DNA of 64,000 nt from Bacilli bacterium (GTDB lineage: Bacteria > Bacillota_I > Bacilli_A > RF39 > JBKDZI01), in NCBI GenBank assembly GCA_047971215.1, contig JBKDZI010000025.1:8704-72703 (forward strand), written 5' to 3'. Of this stretch, positions 60,475-64,000 are shown one piece after another (position 1 is the stretch's first letter; the number at the start of each line of letters is the position of its first letter). A model generated the notes under the pieces. That model was not told the origin of the DNA. It searched no databases and was given only the letters and a program-made list of their open reading frames with translations. The position numbers were made by a program, and so were the translations under genes.

Positions 60475-61662
60475 TTAAAAAGTTCTAATTTTTTTATTTT
60501 CTATTTTGTTTGTCATAGTTTTTTCAACTATTTTTAATAAAGAATTAAGTTGCATAAGTGCTTTTACATCAATATTCAAAAATCTATTTAAGTTCATATA
60601 TTTTTTATATCCATCAACTGATGGATTACGATTAGTTTCTAAATAATACCATTTATTATCATTACTATTATAAATAAAATCAATACCTAAAACTATACCC
60701 TTTGAAGATCCAAAGAGTGGTGCAATTTCTTTACATTGATTGACAATTTCTAGTGGTAAATCAATGTTTTCATTATCAATATTATGAAGTTTTAAAATCA
60801 ATTTATCTGTTTGGCTAATAGTATTTTCATCATTTTTTAATGGTAATACTCTACCACCACTAGATGCATTTGAAATAATATTTTTTGAATTTAAAAAATA
60901 CTGAGAATTTGGATCATTTAAATATTCACATGGATTAAAAATATCAATACCAAAATTTTTAGTTTTATTAATACTTGTTTTATTAGTTGACATTAAAAAT
61001 AATGATGATAATATATCACCTGTGCAAGAAGTAACTACTCTAATAGAAGAGTTAATACCTTCAATTCCAGCAATATATTCTTGAGTGACAAATTCATTTT
61101 TTAGATTAAGTTTTTTACTTTCAGGTAAATCTAATACAGCAATTATTTTTTCTAATTGACTTTGATTTTCAATTAAATATTTATCTTCACCACGATTGGC
61201 AGTGGCATTTTTAAAAATTACTGGAAAAAATGGATTTAAAATATACTCATTTACTGATAAAGTTAAAGGAACTAAAACATTTGAAAAGTTACTTATTTCT
61301 TCTTCAATCAATCCTCTTTTTTTTGATGATCTTCCTAATAAATCAACAATTGGCCCATCGTTTTTATAATCCTTAATATCTGTTATTACAGTGAAGCCTA
61401 ATTTTTGAGCAATAGTATTGAATTTATTCATTATCTCTGATATTTTTATTGTTAGCAATATAGGTATTATTTTTTGTTTTATTAGTTTATATTCATAAGT
61501 AATTTCTTTTAATTCTTTTTCATTATTAGGAACTAAAAGATAAGTTTTTTTATTTAAGCGATATGGAAATTCTTCAACTATTTCATCAGATAAATTTAAA
61601 AATATTGAGGCATCGTTAATATTTTTATTTTTATAATTTTTGACCTTTTGATTTATATTCAT
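60475..61662 (-). CDS. ATP-grasp domain protein (RimK/YheC-YheD-like?)
   Basis: FPVIFKNATANRGEDKYLIEN resembles the ATP-grasp B-loop. The C-terminal ...YYLETNRNPS resembles the Mg-binding E/N motif. Confidence 0.35.
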   Translation of the reverse strand: MNINQKVKNYKNKNINDASIFLNLSDEIVEEFPYRLNKKTYLLVPNNEKELKEITYEYKLIKQKIIPILLTIKISEIMNKFNTIAQKLGFTVITDIKDYKNDGPIVDLLGRSSKKRGLIEEEISNFSNVLVPLTLSVNEYILNPFFPVIFKNATANRGEDKYLIENQSQLEKIIAVLDLPESKKLNLKNEFVTQEYIAGIEGINSSIRVVTSCTGDILSSLFLMSTNKTSINKTKNFGIDIFNPCEYLNDPNSQYFLNSKNIISNASSGGRVLPLKNDENTISQTDKLILKLHNIDNENIDLPLEIVNQCKEIAPLFGSSKGIVLGIDFIYNSNDNKWYYLETNRNPSVDGYKKYMNLNRFLNIDVKALMQLNSLLKIVEKTMTNKIENKKIRTF

Positions 61663-61904
61663 TCTTAACTCCTGTTATATAAATTTTTATATATATATAA
61701 TAATTCAAAACTATGGTAAAGCAACTAAATTTTGTCATTGTTCTAAACAATTCTAATTTATCTTACTGAAGATATTTGTTAAATTATTATATATAGCATG
61801 TGAGGAAAAGAAATTTCTAATTTTCTAATTCTATTTCCTAATTAATCAAGCATATAATTTCTCTTACATTTTTAATAACACTAAAATATTTAGCATAATT
61901 TCTT

Positions 61905-62348
61905 TTATTTCTTTTCATTGCTACTTTTTTCTTCTTCAGTCATCTCTATATATCCTAAAGAAATAGGACTAATAGGGTATGATAATCTAACTATATACTT
62001 ATCTTTGGGAGATAATTCGATATATTGTTTTCTTTTTCCTTTAGCACATATAAACATATAAATATAATAATATATTAATTCATCAATATCATTGACATTT
62101 TCATATGCTTTAGGGAAATATATATGAAGTATATCAAGTGATAAATTAAAACCTGGAGTAATTCGTACTTCGTTAACCTTTATTTGTTCTTTAAAGTTGT
62201 TTTTCCAATATCCCTTTAACAACTCTTTATCAGCACTTTTATAATATATACTGCCACAAATCATATATTGATTGGTAGAATTAACTATTAAATCCTTACT
62301 TTTTAAATTATCTAATATATTACCACTCACTATAAATAATTTTCCCAT
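61905..62348 (-). CDS. Macro-domain-like protein
   Basis: IVNSTNQYMICGS, ITPGFNL and ILHIYFPK parallel the macro-domain motifs VNAANxxLxGGGG, ITxGxxL and VIHTVGP. Confidence 0.3.
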   Translation of the reverse strand: MGKLFIVSGNILDNLKSKDLIVNSTNQYMICGSIYYKSADKELLKGYWKNNFKEQIKVNEVRITPGFNLSLDILHIYFPKAYENVNDIDELIYYYIYMFICAKGKRKQYIELSPKDKYIVRLSYPISPISLGYIEMTEEEKSSNEKK

Positions 62349-62429
62349 ATATTAAATATTTCATATCTCACATATAACAAGCCAAACACTTAATTCATAA
62401 ATATATCGCTACATCTATTATAACAACTA

Positions 62430-63068
62430 TTATTTGATTTCATTAACTAATATCTTAAATGTACCACTATTTGTATCATCTAAATTAGAAAACTCATTCC
62501 ATCTAATATGATATTTACTTCTTAATACTATTGAATTTTCTAGTCCTTTTTTTGTTCCACTACTTGTATTTTCGTGCCAATCTAAAATACCTTCTTTTGT
62601 TGTATTATCATCTAAAGAAAACTGTTCATAAAAACTATTAACTTTTTTAGGATTTCTAGTATAACTAAGTTCGTTAGTAAGAAATATCGTATATCCTTTA
62701 TTAAAATTGTTAATATTATCTTTTATTCTTTCTAATCTCTGAATGTCTTTCAAATATAAATAACAACCAATATCTTTATACCCTTGATTTTTTTAATAAA
62801 ATTTTTCATTATTAACTTTTTTAATACATCGCTTTGTTTTATATTTTAATTCTATTGGTATCCACAAATTTTCAATAATTACTAATATATCAATATGCAT
62901 ATTTAAATCAAATTCAGGACAATATTCTAATCTAACTACTGAATTTTGATACAATTCTCTTATTACCCAAGCAAATTCTAATTGCATATCAGCTTCAGAA
63001 GTAAATATCTTTCTTTTGCTTTTTACTATACCAATTACTTTAAAAATATCAAACATTTGTGTTATCAC
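62430..63068 (-). pseudogene. PD-(D/E)xK-like nuclease-fold protein split by a frameshift in a T7/A7 homopolymer (ORFs 62793..63068 and 62430..62753)
   Basis: The upstream ORF has HIDILVIIEN..IPIELKYK (D...ExK). The downstream ORF has no ATG (the track start is ATT) and continues the protein after the TTTTTTT run at 62787..62793. Confidence 0.4.
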
Positions 63069-63173
63069 CCAACGACATTATAACACAAAATATATAATAT
63101 TAATCATACCAATATTATTTCATATTACAATCACTAATTTCTAATAATTATACAATTGTTATAAGAGGTGTAA

Positions 63174-63504
63174 TATGAACAAACTAATTGAAAATAATTT
63201 TAAACAAGTAAGACTTAACAGAGGTCATAAACAAATAAAGGTTGCTATGGATTTATAAACTACACAAGAAACTATTAGCTCTTATGAAATAGGGAGAATT
63301 TTCTCTAGTTATCCAATTAGCAAATTATTATAATACATCTATTGATTATCTTTTATGTAGAACCAAATATGATATGCCGATAGATACTATTAAATCCAAT
63401 AATATTTCTGATACTGATTTTACTATTATAAATAAAATCAATCACTTATCTAATACTGATAAAGCTAAAGCTGAGGGCTATATTGATAGATTTAATGATA
63501 AATA
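63174..63504 (+). pseudogene. XRE-family HTH regulator remnant with two frame disruptions
   Basis: MNKLIENNFKQVRLNRGHKQIKVAMDL is followed by a stop. The HTH continuation TTQETISSYEIGR and IQLANYYNTSIDYLL lie in the other two frames. Confidence 0.45.
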
Positions 63505-63678
63505 ACTATACTCATTAACTTTTATATAAAGTATTTTCCTTGTTTTAACTACCACTAAATTAAATCAATATAACAAAAGCTTGATTTTTTTATACTAAGT
63601 TTATATATCTATACCTAGTTATATCTGATTATCTTTCTATTATTTGTTATATTTGATTATATACTAATTTTATATATA

Positions 63679-63972
63679 TTATATGATACTTAAAAAGGTA
63701 TTGTATTTTTTTATATTCCCTTTAATAATAGGAGTATTCCTCATTGATAACTCTGTGAATACTCTGCACTTTATTATAATTACTTGATATTTTTTATTGA
63801 TATACTCTTTTTGTTCCTTTTCATCTTTCTCTAGAGTTATATTATAAAAATAATCTTCTATCAATTTAAATTTACTATATATTTTAAATAACTTCTTTTC
63901 GTAAGTAGGTTGACCTATACTATTAGATTTATATTTCTGGTTTAATCTTTCTTTAGAACTCTTTACTTTCAT
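63679..63972 (-). CDS. Hypothetical protein
   Basis: This is a 97-aa ORF with no motif. Confidence 0.2.
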   Translation of the reverse strand: MKVKSSKERLNQKYKSNSIGQPTYEKKLFKIYSKFKLIEDYFYNITLEKDEKEQKEYINKKYQVIIIKCRVFTELSMRNTPIIKGNIKKYNTFLSII

Positions 63973-64000
63973 ATACTCGCTATAATAATCTTTAAGACTA

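Overview
This is a very AT-rich (about 25-27% GC) window from a low-GC Gram-positive bacterium. It carries cell-wall genes (DAP-type murE, murF, two SEDS FtsW/RodA paralogs), and weak YjcZ-like and SpoVIF-like hits hint at a spore-forming Firmicute. 

Housekeeping backbone:
- def, hpf, phosphoketolase (xfp), der/ysxC GTPases
- mtnN, an RluA-family pseudouridine synthase, a DEAD-box helicase
- addAB, murEF, gatCAB, and a Fur-family regulator

Accessory and decayed blocks between them:
1. A tRNA-Lys(CUU) gene interrupted in the anticodon loop by a roughly 266-nt group-I-like intron. Two truncated 5'-half copies of the same tRNA precede it. A downstream island holds a roughly 1367-codon NACHT/STAND-like NTPase reading frame broken only by two in-frame stop codons.
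2. A double-glycine-leader bacteriocin locus: two precursor peptides, an overlapping small membrane protein that may confer immunity, and a split C39-peptidase ABC exporter.
3. A roughly 9.4-kb degenerate integrative element at tRNA-Cys. It is bounded by 30-bp direct repeats derived from the tRNA anticodon region. Its cargo includes a frameshifted tyrosine integrase, a serine recombinase, a divergent RecA homolog, an Xis-like protein, and a GC-enriched 550-nt non-coding stretch (possible large ncRNA).
4. A vestigial type II CRISPR-Cas locus: a tracrRNA-like RNA, a 104-aa Cas9 N-terminal stub, and one orphan repeat complementary to the tracrRNA anti-repeat. An orphan AbiEii-type toxin gene lies next to it.
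5. A small terminal island with macro-domain, PD-(D/E)xK-like and XRE pseudogene remnants.

Several other genes (hslO, the addA C-terminus, a histidine phosphatase, a BspA-like LRR protein) are frameshifted. This fits genome decay, though some shifts sit in homopolymers and could be sequencing errors. All functional calls rest on motif recognition by eye; no database search was possible.
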